Made by a program: the position numbers and the translations under genes. 56,803 bases of DNA from Prorocentrum cordatum (lineage: Eukaryota), in NCBI GenBank assembly GCA_963575745.1, contig CAUYUJ010000065.1, forward strand, positions 62,001 to 118,803, given 5' to 3'. Positions 24,742 to 36,612 of this stretch are shown here, piece by piece; position 1 is the first letter of the stretch; each line of letters opens with the position of its first letter. The notes under the pieces are model-generated. The model made no database searches and was not told the origin of the DNA. It saw only the letters and a list, made by a program, of their open reading frames with translations.

Positions 24742-26042
24742 GAAGAAGAATAATAAGAATAAGCATAAGAATAAGAATAAGAATAAGAATAATAATAATA
24801 AGAAGAATAATAATAATAATAAGAATAATAAGAAGAATAATAAGACAAACAATAAGAATAATAAGAATAATAAGAAGAATAAAAAGAATAAGAAGAAGAA
24901 GAGGAGGAGGAGGCGAATGATGAGGAGGAGGGGGCGGATGATGATGATGAGGAGGATAAGGAGGAGGGAAACGAGGAGGAGGAGGAGGAGGAGGAGGAGG
25001 AGGAGGAGGAGGAGGAGGAGGAGGAGGAGGAGGAGGAGGAGGAGGAGGAGAAGAAGGAGGAGGAGGAGGAGGAGGAGGAGGATAAGAGGAGGAGGAGGAA
25101 GAGGCGGAGGAGGAGGAGGAGGAGGAGGAGGAGAGGAGGAGGAGGAGGTGGAGGAGGATGAGGGGGAGGAGGACGCGGAAGAAGACGAGGAGCATGATGA
25201 TGAGGAGGAGCAGGAGGAGGAGGCGGAGGAGGAGGGATGCGGAGGAGGAAACGGAAGAGGAGGAGGAGGAGGAGAAGGATGAGGTGGAGGCGGAGGAGGC
25301 GGAGGAGGAGGAGGAGGAAGAAGAGGAGGAGGAGGTTGAGCAGGAGGAACAGGAGGAGGAGGAGGAAGAGGAGGAGGAGGAGGAGGAGGAGGAGGAGGAG
25401 GAGGAGGACGGGGAGGAGGAGGAGGAGGATGAGGAGGAGGAGGATGAGGAGGAGGTGGAGGAAAAGGATGAGGATGCGGATGATGATGATGCTGCTGCTG
25501 ATGATGATGATGCTGATGATGCTGCTGGTGATGATGCTGATGATGTTGGTGACGATGATGATGCTGATGATGATGATGATGCTGATGATGATGATGAGGA
25601 TGATGATGATGCTGATGATGATGCTGCTGATGATGATGATGCTGATGCTGATGTTGATGATGACGCTGTTGCTGCTGATGATGATGATGCTGATGCTGAT
25701 GCTGATGATGTTGCTGCTGATGATGATGTTGATGCTGATGATGATGATGATGCTGTTGATGCTGATGATGATGATGATGACGATGATGATGATGCTGCTG
25801 ATGCTGATGCTGACGTTGATGATGCTGATGATGATGATGATGATGTTGATGCTGATGTTGATGATGACGCTGCTGCTGCTGCTGATGACGATGATGATGC
25901 TCTTGCTGATGCTGATGATGATGTTATTGTTGATGATGCTGATGATGATGCTGACGCTGATGCTGGTGATGATGATGATGATGATGATGATGATGCTGAT
26001 GATGCTGATGATGATGATGCTGATGATGGTGATGCTGATGAT

Positions 26043-26073
<31 letters not shown>

Positions 26074-26100
26074 ATGCTGACGACGACGATGATGATGATG
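23538..26100 (+). repeat. Compound microsatellite GAG/GAT/AAT/GAG/GAT-GCT
   Basis: Directly visible. Confidence 0.95.
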
Positions 26101-26200
26101 NNNNNNNNNNNNNNNNNNNNNNNNNNNNNNNNNNNNNNNNNNNNNNNNNNNNNNNNNNNNNNNNNNNNNNNNNNNNNNNNNNNNNNNNNNNNNNNNNNNN
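26101..26200. other. Scaffold gap (100 N)
   Basis: Run of exactly 100 N; contiguity across it is not guaranteed. Confidence 0.99.
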
Positions 26201-26588
26201 GAGGAGGAGGAGGAGGAGGGGGATGAATAGGAGGAGGTAGGTAGGTAGGTGGTGCTCCCATGGAGCTGGTGCGGGAGCTTCGGACGCAACTCCCTTTTAG
26301 CATGGCACCACGGCCCCGGGGGCAGGCTCGGAAGTGTCCGTGCAGCGACGGCCCTGGAGGTCAATCCACCAGCGCTGGAGGGGACGAGACGGGATCTGTC
26401 GAAGCTTTCCGCCCAGAGAGACAGGGAACACAAGGCCCCAGAGGGCCCGCCCCCAAGAGAACAAGGCGAACCCACAAACCAAGCCGAGGAGACCGCTCCG
26501 ACAGACTCACAGTCTCCATCCCCTACCAGGTGCGGGGTGAGAGAGACAACTCAGGGACTCCCCGCAGGGCGGGGGGGGCCGGGCAAAA

Positions 26589-26948
26589 GGAGGAGGAGGA
26601 GGAGGAGGATGAGGAGGAGGAGGAGGAAGCGGAGGAGGAGGAGGATGAGGAGGGGGAGGAACAGGATGAGGATGATGCTGATGTTGAGGAGGAGGAGGAG
26701 CAGGAGGAGGATGAAGATGAGGAGGATGAAGAGGAGGATGAGGAGGAATCTGAGGAGGAGGAGGAGGAAGAGCAGGCGGAGCAGAAGAAGCAGGAAGAGG
26801 AGGAGGAGGAAGCGGGTGAGGAGAAGGAGGACTATGAGGAAGAGCAGGAGGAGCAGGAGGAACATAAACAAACATGATGATGATGAGGAGGAGGAGGGTG
26901 TGGATGATGATGATGCTGCTGATGATGTTGATGATGCTGGTGATGATC

Positions 26949-27015
<67 letters not shown>

Positions 27016-27477
27016 GGAGTAATCACATTACTAATCATTTTATATTACTAGTAAGACTACTAAGACTAATACTGCTAACACTTGTAAGTATAAGACCATG
27101 CGGGTAATAGTAGCAATCGTAACGCTACTCTCATAATACCATAATGCTCATACGCGGAAGAATATGAATAACAATATTGATACTAACCTTACGAATAATA
27201 TTACTAATAATAGGACGGCGACGAATACTAAGCATATTCACCATACTAGTAAGAATACGAACAAAAAGAAGACGACTAATAGTAATAGTACAAGTAGTTA
27301 TGATACTACTAATAAGACGAATGATCTAAGAAGAAGAAGAAGGATAATAGGAGGAGGAGGAGGAGTCGGAGGAGGCGGAGGAGGAGGAGGAGGACGAGGA
27401 AAGGGAGGAGGAGCAGGAGGAGCAGGAGGAGGAGGAGGAGGAGGAGGATGAGGAAAAGGCGGAGGAGGAGGAGGAGG
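26589..27477 (+). repeat. GAG/GAT/AAT-type microsatellite mosaic
   Basis: Directly visible. Confidence 0.85.
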
Positions 27478-28275
27478 ACCAGTGTAAACCCAAGAGTCAT
27501 CAACGATGTTGGAGTAAACCCTCCCTCCACCCTCCCTCTTTCATAGGCCCCTACAACGGTTCATTTCCAGTGATGGAGCTGCCTCAATGGAAGACACACG
27601 TTTGAAGTCCTTGAAGCATGCCAAAACATTGTTCTCGGGATTCCAACGCCACGGATCAACCTGACTCTTGCGTCTTAACGATCTTGAATCGTGCCAGAAC
27701 GCCATTCCTAGGACTTCAACACAGAGAATCATCGTAACTGTTGCGCCCGCATAGTCCTGAATCCTCCCAAAATACCATTTCTGGTACGTTGATGATGGGA
27801 ATCCGTGAAACTCTTACACATTTTTAAAATCCGTGGTTGCGGGCTTGTCTTTCCTCTGCAGTAGTTCAGAGTGGCTGCTGTAGCAGCCGCTATGTAAACT
27901 GGTTCGGTCAAATGGGACCAACAAAAATGTGCGCGGCGCGAAGGCGAGAGCCACGTTTTGAAAAGGAACCGCTCTCAATCCGTGAAGCTCTTGCAATTTT
28001 TTAGAACAAATGTGCGCCGCGCTGGGGCGAGAGCCACATTTTGCAAACGACCCGCCCTCAATCCGTGAAACGCTTGCAATTTTTTGAAAAACGAATGTGC
28101 GCCGCGCTCAGGCGAGAGCCTCATTTATGAGAACGATCCGCCCTCCATCTGTGAAGCTGCTGCCAATTTTTAAGCTTCAGAGTCTAAACTGGTGAGGAAG
28201 TCTCAGGCGAAACGCCTGGCCTGCACTAAAAACTGGCCTCGGGGTGCGCCATGGAGAAGTTATTTACAAGGAGAA
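27478..28275 (+). mobile_element. Dispersed composite module, copy 1 (AAACCCAAGA head, ~84-bp minisatellite, CAGGCG-AAA-CGCCTG hairpin tail)
   Basis: Head gtaaacccaagagtcatcaacgatgtt. Units aatgtgcgcggcgc..ggcgagagccacattttg start at 27926, 28009 and 28094. Hairpin at 28204-28218. Homologous to 31185-32015 and 33110-35065. Confidence 0.6.
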
Positions 28276-28779
28276 GGAATGAGGAGGAGGATGACGAGGA
28301 GGATGAGGAGGATTAGGAGGATGAGGAGGAGGAGGAGGAGGAGGAGGAGGAGGAGGAGGAGGAGAAGGAGGAGGAGGAGGGGGAGGAGCAGGAGGAAAAG
28401 GAGAAGGAGGAGGAGGAGGAGGTTCGCTTCGGCTGTCCACGAATGAAGGGCCGATTCCTTTCTGCCAGGTGGGCGCCGAGCCCATTCGTGCTCGGCGTTC
28501 GAAACCGCCTTTGCACCGGACTCGCCCTCACCTCCGTGCGGTGCACGAAAGCCGAGGGGAAGGACAATGAAACAGCAAGTGAGGCTCCAGAGGCCCCTCA
28601 AAAAATGGTAGACGTTTGCAAGACACACATGGGGCTCCACAGGCCATCAATTAGCCTGGCGAAGGATCCAACCACATGCAGTTGTCTGTGCCGTCGTTGT
28701 GAGTATCGACTTCGGTGGATCTCCTTATGCAGCCACGACGCGCGTTAAGGGCGTGCCGAATTGTGGCGGGGTCAACATG

Positions 28780-30548
28780 CGGACGCTGCCACGGGGCCTT
28801 CGAGCATCGCGAGGAAAAATGACATGGATGAAGGGGACCAGCAACATTGTCTTCTGTGGCCTTCGGTGGAGCTCCCTATGGGGCCAGGAAGCTTGTGAGA
28901 GGTGTGCCGACATGGAGGGTGGGACCGCATGCGGACGCTGCCACTGGAGCCTTCGGTGGAGCTCCTTATGGCATAGCCCTATAGGGCCACCGAACGTGTG
29001 AGGGGGTCGCCGAAATGGAAGTTGGAATCCCATACGGGCGTTGCCACTGGCGTCTTGGGTGGAGCTCCATGTTGGATCATGAAGCGGGTGAATGGTGCAC
29101 CGAAATCAGGGTGGAACTGCGTGCAGGCGCTGCCATTGAGGCCCTCGGTTGAGCTCCCTATTGGGCAGCGAAGCGTGTGAGGGGTGCACCGACATGGAGG
29201 GTGGAACAGCATGCGGGAGCTGCCACTGGGGCCCTCGGTGGAGCTCCGTATGGGGCCACGGGACGTGTGAGGCGTGCACCGAACTGGAAGGTGGAATTGC
29301 ATGTAGCTCTGCCACTAGGGCCTTCGGCGGGGCTCCATATGGGACAACGAAACGTGTGTGTGGGGTGTGCCGAAACGGGGGTTGGAGCCGCATGCGGGCG
29401 CTGCCCCTGGGGCCTTTGGTGGAGTTTCCTATTGGGCCACGAAGCGTGTGAGGGCTGTGCCGCAATGGAGGGTGAAACCGCATGCGGGCGCTGCCACTGG
29501 GACCTTCGGTGGAGCTCCCAATGGGGCCACGAAGTTTGTGAGGGGTGCGCCGACATGGAGGGTGGAACCGCATGCGGGCGCTGCCATTGGGGCCTTCGGT
29601 GGAGCTTCCTGTGGGGCCGCGAAGCGTGTGAGGGGTGCACCGCAATGTGAGTGGAACTGCGTGCAGGCGCTGCCACTGTGGCCTTCGGTGGAGATGCCAA
29701 TGGGGCCACGATGCGTGTGAGGGGTGTGCCGAAATGGCGGGTGGAACCGCATGCGGGCGCTGCCACTGGGGCACTCGGTGGAGCTCCCTATGGGGCCACG
29801 AGCCGTGTGAGGGATGTGCCGCAATGGAGGGTGGAACCGCAAGCGGGCGCTGCCACTGGGGCCTTCGGCGGAGCTCCCTGTGGGGCAACGAAGCGTGTGA
29901 GGGGTGCACCGAAATGGCGGGTGGAACCGCATGCGGGCGCTGCCACTGGGGCCTTCGGTGGAGCTCCCTGTGGGGCCACGAAACGTGTGAGGGGTGTACC
30001 GACATGGAGGGTGGAACCGCATGCGGGCGTTGCCACGGGAGCCTTCGGTGGAGCTCACTCTGGGGCCACGAAGCGTGTGAGGGGTGCACTGCACTGTGAG
30101 TGGAACTACATGCGGGCGCTGCCGCTGGGGCACTCGGTGGAGCTCCCTATGGGGCCACGAAACGTGTGAGGGTGTACCGAAATTGAGGGTGGAACCGCAT
30201 GCGGGCGCTGCCACGGGCGCCTTCGGTGGAAGTGCCAATGGGGCCACGAAGCGTGTGAGGGGTGCGCCGACATGGAGTGTGGAACCGCATGCGGGCGCTG
30301 CCACTGGGGCACTCGGTGGAGCTGCCTACGGGGTAACGAAGCGTGTGAGGGGTTTGCCGAAACGGTTGGCGCGGACGCATGCGAACTGCGCCACTGGGGC
30401 CTTCGGTGGAGGTGCCTATGGGGCCACGAAACGTCCGAGAGGTGTGCCGAAATGGCGGGTGGAACCGCATGCGGGCGCTGCCACTGGGATCTTCGGTGGA
30501 ACTCCGTATGAGGCCACGAAGCGTGTGAGGGATGTGCCGAAATTGGGG
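28780..30548 (+). repeat. 90-bp tandem minisatellite (~19 units) sharing the core of the 77-bp array
   Basis: TGCCACTGGG at 29761, 29851 and 29941 gives a 90-bp period. Same GCCTTCGGTGGAGCTCCCTATGGGGCCACGAAGCG core with a different linker. Confidence 0.92.
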
Positions 30549-31184
30549 GCGATGATGGTGATGATACGGCAATGATGATGACGGTGATATTGATGGTGGC
30601 GGCGATGATGCTGCTGCTGCTGCTGATGATGGCGATGATGATGCTGGTGATAATGGAGGCAAGTGGAGGCAGGAGGAAAGAGGAGAGGAGGAGACGCGGG
30701 GCGCTGTCTCTTCAAAACGAGGACCCAACACCACAGCATGGGTGGGAACAACACGAACGATAGACGTTTCGCAAGACACACGCGAGGCTCCAGAGGCCAT
30801 CAACACCGCAAGCGATAAGCGTTCGCCCTCGGCGCGAATGCGGTGCCAGAGGGACCACCAGCCTGCGACCCCAGGGGGGGGGGGGGGGTGAACCACGGCG
30901 GGACTCGGATCCCCCCGAGGAGGGGAGGAGAGGGGCCCAGGCCCGCCACGGCCCAACTCCCTCCCTGGGGGGGGCGCCCCCCGCGCCCGGAAGAAGGGGC
31001 CCCACCGCCGCCCGTTCTCGGGGATGGTCACCCGTCCGTGTGTACCCCGCCCACCGGGCGGCGTCGGCCGCCGCGTCGGCCTCCCACCGACGGGGGGTGT
31101 CCCCGCTGTCCCTGAGTCCTTGGCTGGGGCCCTGCTGTCCAAGCAGGGGTGGGGCAGGAGGAGGAGAAAGAGGAGGAGGAGGAT

Positions 31185-32015
31185 GCAAACCCAAGACGCA
31201 TCAAAGATGTTGCACTGAACCCTCCCTCCAAGTTCCCTCTTCATAGATCCCAGCAAAAAGGTAGTCTCATTGCGGAAGTACCTGTTGAAGACAACGTCGG
31301 AGGACCGCCAATCGTGCCATCACAGAATTCCTGGGACTTGAACGCCGCGAAGCGACATGACTGTTTGGGCTCTGACAGTCCTAAACCGCGACGGAACATC
31401 GCTCATGCGACTTTAACACCGCGAATCGACGTGACTGTTGCGTCCCGACAGTTCTAAACCGTGCCAGGACACCATCTTGGGACTTCAACCTTACGAGTCT
31501 TTCAAACTGATTTTGGAGACGAGTGCACGTGGAGCTAAGGCGAGAGCCACATTTTGAAACGAAACCGCCCTCCATCCTTGATGCTGCTGTGAGCTCTTTA
31601 AAACTAATGTGCGGGACGCTAATGCAAGAACCACGTTTTGAAAGCCACCCGCTCTCTACCTTTGTAATTGCTACAACCTTTTAAGACGAATGTGCTCGGT
31701 GCTAGGACGAGAGCCACATTTTGAAAAGGAACCGCCCTCTATCCTTGAAGCTGTTGCAAACTTTTGGGAAGCGAATGCGCGCGGCGCTACGGTCATAGCC
31801 ACATTTCGAAAACCACCCGCGCTCCATCCTTGAAGTTGTTGCATTATGTTTAAGGCGAATGTGCGCGGCCCTGAGGCGGGAGCCACATTTCCGAAAGGGA
31901 ACCGCACTCCATCCTTGAAACGCTTGCAGATTTCAAGCATCAGGATTTTAAATGGTGCGGATGTCTCAGGCGAAACGCCCGGCCAGCGACAGGGAGGCGC
32001 TATCTATAAGGAAAA
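31185..32015 (+). mobile_element. Dispersed composite module, copy 2
   Basis: Head gcaaacccaagacgcatcaaagatgtt. ~84-bp units at 31606, 31689, 31774 and 31858. Tail tctcaggcgaaacgccc at ~31964. Confidence 0.6.
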
Positions 32016-32287
32016 GGAATGGAGGAGGAAGAGGAGGAGGAGGAGGAGGAGGAAGAGGAGGAGGAGGAGGAGAAGGAGGAAGGGACAAGGAAGGGAACAG
32101 GAGAAGGGACCATGGAGGAATAAAAGGATTATGCGCAGAAATAGGAGGAGCAGGAGGAGGACGAGGAGACGGAGAGGGAACAATTGCTGAAGCAAATGTC
32201 CGAAACAAACGTCGGAGCAGGAGGAGAAGGATTCGCGAGGAGTAGGAGTAGGATGCTGCAGCAAATGTCGATGTCGCCGCCGCTCAG

Positions 32288-32341
32288 GCATCATCCATAC
32301 AGACTTGAAGCCTGAGAACGTGCTCGTCTCGTGCCCCAGGG
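32288..32341 (+). CDS. Micro-exon of a Ser/Thr protein kinase (SRPK-like catalytic loop)
   Basis: ctcAG|gc atc atc cat aca gac ttg aag cct gag aac gtg ctc gtc tcg tgc ccc agg g|GCgcgc translates as (G)IIHTDLKPENVLVSCPR(G). HTDLKPEN is characteristic of SRPK/CLK-type CMGC kinases, and GC donors are common in dinoflagellates. Confidence 0.85.
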
Positions 32342-32392
32342 GCGCGCCGCCGCCGCTTAGCCCCCACCTCTCCGCGCGCTCGCGGTGCCGAG

Positions 32393-32643
32393 ATGATGAT
32401 GGCGACGATGATAGCGGAGGATGAGCAGGAGGACGAGGAGGGGGAGGTGGAGGTAGAGGAGGAGCTGGAGGAGGACAAGGTGGAGGAGGAGGAGGCGTAT
32501 GATGATAATGCTGCTGCTGCTGCTGATGCTGCTGATGATGATGAGGATGAGGATGAAGATAAGGATGAGGACGACTTTGATGAGGACGATTCTGCTGATG
32601 ACGATGGTAATGGTGATGAACATGGTGAGGAGGAGGAGGAGGT

Positions 32644-32697
<54 letters not shown>

Positions 32698-33105
32698 GGA
32701 CGAGGATGAGGGTGCTGATGATGAGGGTTCTGATTAGAGGATGATGATGAGGACTGTGATGATGACGACGATGCTGCTGATTATGATGCTGATTATGATG
32801 ATGAGGATGATGCTACTGCTGATGATGACGACGATGATGATGATGACGATGCTGCTGATGATGATGCTGATGATGACGAGGATGAGGATTATGGTGATGG
32901 TGATGATGGTGATGCTAATTCTGATGATGATTATGATGATGCTGATGATGATGATGAGGAGGAGGAGGAGGAATAATAATAAGAACAACATGTTGAGGAG
33001 GAGGAGGAGGAGCTGGAGGATTGAGGAATACGATGAAGGGTGGTGATGGAGTATGAGGAGGATGGAGGAGGACGGAGGAGGAGGATGGAGGAGGATGGGG
33101 ACGGA
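32393..33105 (+). repeat. GAG/GAT microsatellite (intronic)
   Basis: Directly visible. Confidence 0.9.
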
Positions 33106-33109
33106 GAGA

Positions 33110-35065
33110 GGACCAGAGTAAACCCAAGAAACATCAGCGATGCTGCAACACACCCTCCCGCATTCCCTTGAAAGACCAGCACCCCATTGGCCTGCCATTC
33201 GGGCGAGAACCCCGTTTGGGAGAGGAGCCGACTGCTTCTGTATCGTTTCCAGCGAGTCATAAGGAACGCGCGAAGGTATGATCAGCTCAACGGGACGTCA
33301 GATGAGATCCCCGTTTTGAGAAAGACGCTCCCTCATCTGCGTAACTCTTGCACGAGTTGTCGCCTCTGGCCGTGCACGCCGGGAGAGGCTCTTGGCGGAG
33401 GCCCCACTCCGAGAAGGAGCCGTCCTCCATCCGTGCAACTGCACCATGTGCTCAAGCTTCATCTCCTCCTCCCCCTCCCTCTCCTCCCCCTCCTCCTCCT
33501 CCCTCCTCCTCCTCCTCCTCCTCCTCCTGCTCCTCCTTCTCCTCTTCCTCGGGTCGCCTACGGCCCCGGCGGAAACCGTGCACATGGGACTGCTGTCCGT
33601 GCTCGATGTCGGGCTGCTGGTTCGTTCCCCTCCGCGGTGCCAGGAGGGGAGGAGATCGCTCAATGTTTAAGAGTTGAAGCGGGCGCCCATGTTCGAAAAG
33701 CAGTCGTCCCTGGTCCGTGCAGCTGTCGCACCTGCTCACGTCCCTGGGGCTCCAAGTGGAAGACGTCTCCCGCGGCATTCCGATGTTGAAGAGGAGCCGC
33801 CTGCAACGCCTGAACCTGTCTCAAGTTTTTACGACGACTGTGGGCGGGATTGAGATGAGAGCCACATTTTGAAAAGGAGGCGCCTTCATCATTGAAACAG
33901 TTGCTAGCTTCTAGGACGAATGCGCACGGCGCTAAGGCGAGAGTCCCATTTTGCAAAGGATCCGCACTCCATCCCTGAAGCTGTAGCAAACTTTTAGGAC
34001 GAATGTGCGCGGCGCTGAGGCGAGACCTCTTTTTCCCTACCTAGGCTCTGCCTAGAAGGGTTCTTACTGTGTGTGCTTAAAGGGCTGGGCAGTGTAAATC
34101 GCCCCGGGCGGTTCCCCCAGGATCCGCCCCGCGGTTCCCCCAGTGACTTTCCCTTAGCTTAACGTTGCTTATCTCATCTTAGCTTAGCCTATTTCATATT
34201 ATATTAGCTTAGCTTCATCTTAGCTCAGCTTTCTCTTAGCTTAACTTACCTTCATCTTAGCATCGGTGTATTTTGTGGCGCTCGTGTGTGCCAACCGCGT
34301 TGCCAGTTTAGTTTTCTGTTCGGGTAATTAGCATGTGTGTAATTCCCTACCTAGGCTCTGTCTAGAGGGTTCGCTTAGCATAGCGCAGCGCTGCATTAGC
34401 ATCGCATATCATAACATGACATAGCCAAACATAGCATAGCATAGCATATCATAGCATATATCAGGATAGCATAGCATATCATATCATAGCATAGCATAGC
34501 ATAACACAGCATATCATATCATAGCGCAGCTTAGTATAGCATAGCATAGCATAGCTTAGCATAGCACAGCGCAGCATGACACATCATAGCTTAACATAGC
34601 ATAGTATATTATAGCACAGCATAACATAGCATAGCACATCATATTTTAGCATAGCATAGCAGAGCATGGCGCAGCATAGCATGGCATAGCATAGCATAGC
34701 ATAGCAACTAATGCTGCTTTCCTAGGGGCTCCAACTTCTAGGTAGGGTCGCACTGGGGTAATTTGAAAACGACCCCCCTGAATTCTTGAAGCTATTGCAA
34801 ACTTTTCAAGCGAATGTGCGCGGTGCCTCGGTGAGAGCCACATTTTGACGCCCCCATCCTCGAAACTGATGCGAGCTTTTGAAACGAGTGTGCGCGGCGC
34901 TAATGCGATAGCTACATTTTGACCCCCTCCTGCATCTTTGAACCTGTTGCACGTTCCTAGCTTCCGGATCATAAGCGATGAAGAAGCTTCAGGCGCAACG
35001 CCTGATCCGCCCTATCGACACGTTTGGGGGTGCGACAGGGAGGAGTCATTTCTAAGAAAACGGAA
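33110..35065 (+). mobile_element. Dispersed composite module, copy 3, interrupted by the insertion at 34035-34747
   Basis: Head gagtaaacccaagaaacatcagcgatg. The ~84-bp units at 33835-34030 resume at 34760-34950. Perfect hairpin TCAGGCG-CAA-CGCCTGA at 34989-35005. Confidence 0.5.
34035..34747. mobile_element. MITE-like insertion with 10-bp TIRs carrying (CTTAG)n and (CATAG)n pentamer repeats
   Basis: CCCTACCTAG at 34035-34044 (repeated directly at 34345-34354) and its reverse complement CTAGGTAGGG at 34738-34747. It interrupts the 84-bp minisatellite. No clear TSD. Confidence 0.5.
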
Positions 35066-35164
35066 TGGTGGAGGAGGATGGAGGAGCCCGGTGGAGGAGG
35101 AGGAGGAGGAGGAGGAGGAGGAATGAGGAGGAATGTTGAGAACGATGGGGGAGGAGCAGCCGAG

Positions 35165-35217
35165 GTGTGCCGGTGAACAAGCAGGGCGTCCCCCTCGTCG
35201 GGCACGTCGACCCTGGG
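35165..35217 (+). CDS. Next micro-exon of the SRPK-like kinase
   Basis: ccgAG|gt gtg ccg gtg aac aag cag ggc gtc ccc ctc gtc ggg cac gtc gac cct ggg|GTgcgc translates as (G)VPVNKQGVPLVGHVDPG. Its phase 1 matches the upstream exon, and it has high-GC3 codons in an island between microsatellites. Confidence 0.65.
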
Positions 35218-35266
35218 GTGCGCGCCGCCGAGCGGGGCGGAGTGGGCCAAAGGAACATGCAGGGAA

Positions 35267-35328
35267 GTCGTCGTCGTCGTCGCCGTCGGCGTCCTCGTTC
35301 GTCGTCGGCTGCTCGGTCGTCGTCTTCT

Positions 35329-35372
<44 letters not shown>

Positions 35373-35605
35373 TGTCGTCCGTCGTCCGTCGTCCGTCGTC
35401 CGTTGTCCGCTGTCCGTTGTCCGTCGTCGTTCGTCGTGGTCCGTCGTCGTCCGTCGTCGTCGTTGTCGTCGTCGTCGTCGTAGTCGTCGTCGTCGTCGTC
35501 TCCGTTTCGCTGTCGTCGTCGTCGTCATCTTCGTCGTCGTCGTTCGTCGTTGGTCGTCGTGGTCCGTCATCGTCGTCATCGTCGTCGTCGCCGTTTCACA
35601 GTCGT

Positions 35606-35675
<70 letters not shown>

Positions 35676-35725
35676 TGGTCGTTCGCCGTCGTCTGCGTCG
35701 TTGACGTCGTAGTCGTCGTCGTCGT
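35267..35725 (+). repeat. (GTC)n microsatellite
   Basis: Directly visible. Confidence 0.95.
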
Positions 35726-35879
35726 GACTGGATGCAGTGAACGCCCTTGATGCAGTGAACTCCCTTAAGCCGCCCAGTGGAAATCTGGAAAAGCAGTTGC
35801 GATCGGTCCCATCACCGACGGCCGATCATGATCTCAGCTAAGCCCATGTACTCGAGATCGAACGTGGCCACGAACCCGT

Positions 35880-36612
35880 ATACGAGTCCTATGTGATTCG
35901 TGTGCGATTCTTATGCGATTCGTATAAGATTCCTATACGCTTCCTGTGTGATTCGTATACGACTCTTATGTGACTCGTTTGAGGAATTTGCCAGATTCCT
36001 AAGAGGGTCTCTTCGGGAATCATACGAATTCCCAAGGATCCTACAAGTTCCCCGATTCCTGGGAGGGCCTCCTCGGGAATCCTAGGAAATCCTAGGGATG
36101 CTACCAATTCCCAGATTTTTGGGAGGACCTCCTAGGGAATCTTAACAATCCCCAAGGTTCCTACCAATTCCCAGATTTCTGACAGGGCCTCTCAGGGAAT
36201 CCTAGGAATTCCTAAGGACCTTACCAATTCCCAGATGTCTGGGAGGGCCTCCTAGGCAATCCTCGGAATTCCTAGGGATCCTACCAATTGCCAAAATTCT
36301 TGGGAGGGCCTCTTATCCTACCAATTGCCGGATTCCTAAGAGGGCCTCCTGAGGAATCCTAGGAATTCTAAGGGATCCCACCAATTGCCAGATTCCTGAG
36401 AGGGCCTCCGAGGCAATCTTAGGAGTTCCTAAGGATGCTACCGATTGCCAGATTCCTGAAAAGGTCTCCTAAGGAATCTTGGGAAGTCCTAGGGATCCTA
36501 CCAATTCCCAGTTTCCTGACAGGGCTTCTTAGGGGACCTTCGGATTTCCTGGGGATTCTACCAGCTCCTAGATTCCTGGGAGGGCCTCCTAAGGCATCCT
36601 AGGAATTCCTAG
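35880..36612 (+). repeat. 11-bp degenerate repeat followed by a 60-bp minisatellite (GGGAGGGCCTCCTAGGGAATCCTAGGAATTCCTAGGGATCCTACCAATTCCCAGATTCCT)
   Basis: Unit starts at 36061, 36121, 36181 and 36241 give a 60-bp period. Confidence 0.9.

Noticed and set aside
28422..28560. Possible upstream kinase exon after module 1 (tttctgccAG|GT)
   Set aside because: No frame gives kinase subdomain VIa-like sequence (LDYLH), and the adjacent 28609-28650 is a repeat also found at 30761-30802.
28780..30548. CRISPR-like repeat/spacer appearance of the 90-bp and 77-bp arrays
   Set aside because: The 'spacers' are homologous to one another, there are no cas genes, and the context is eukaryotic. These are minisatellites.
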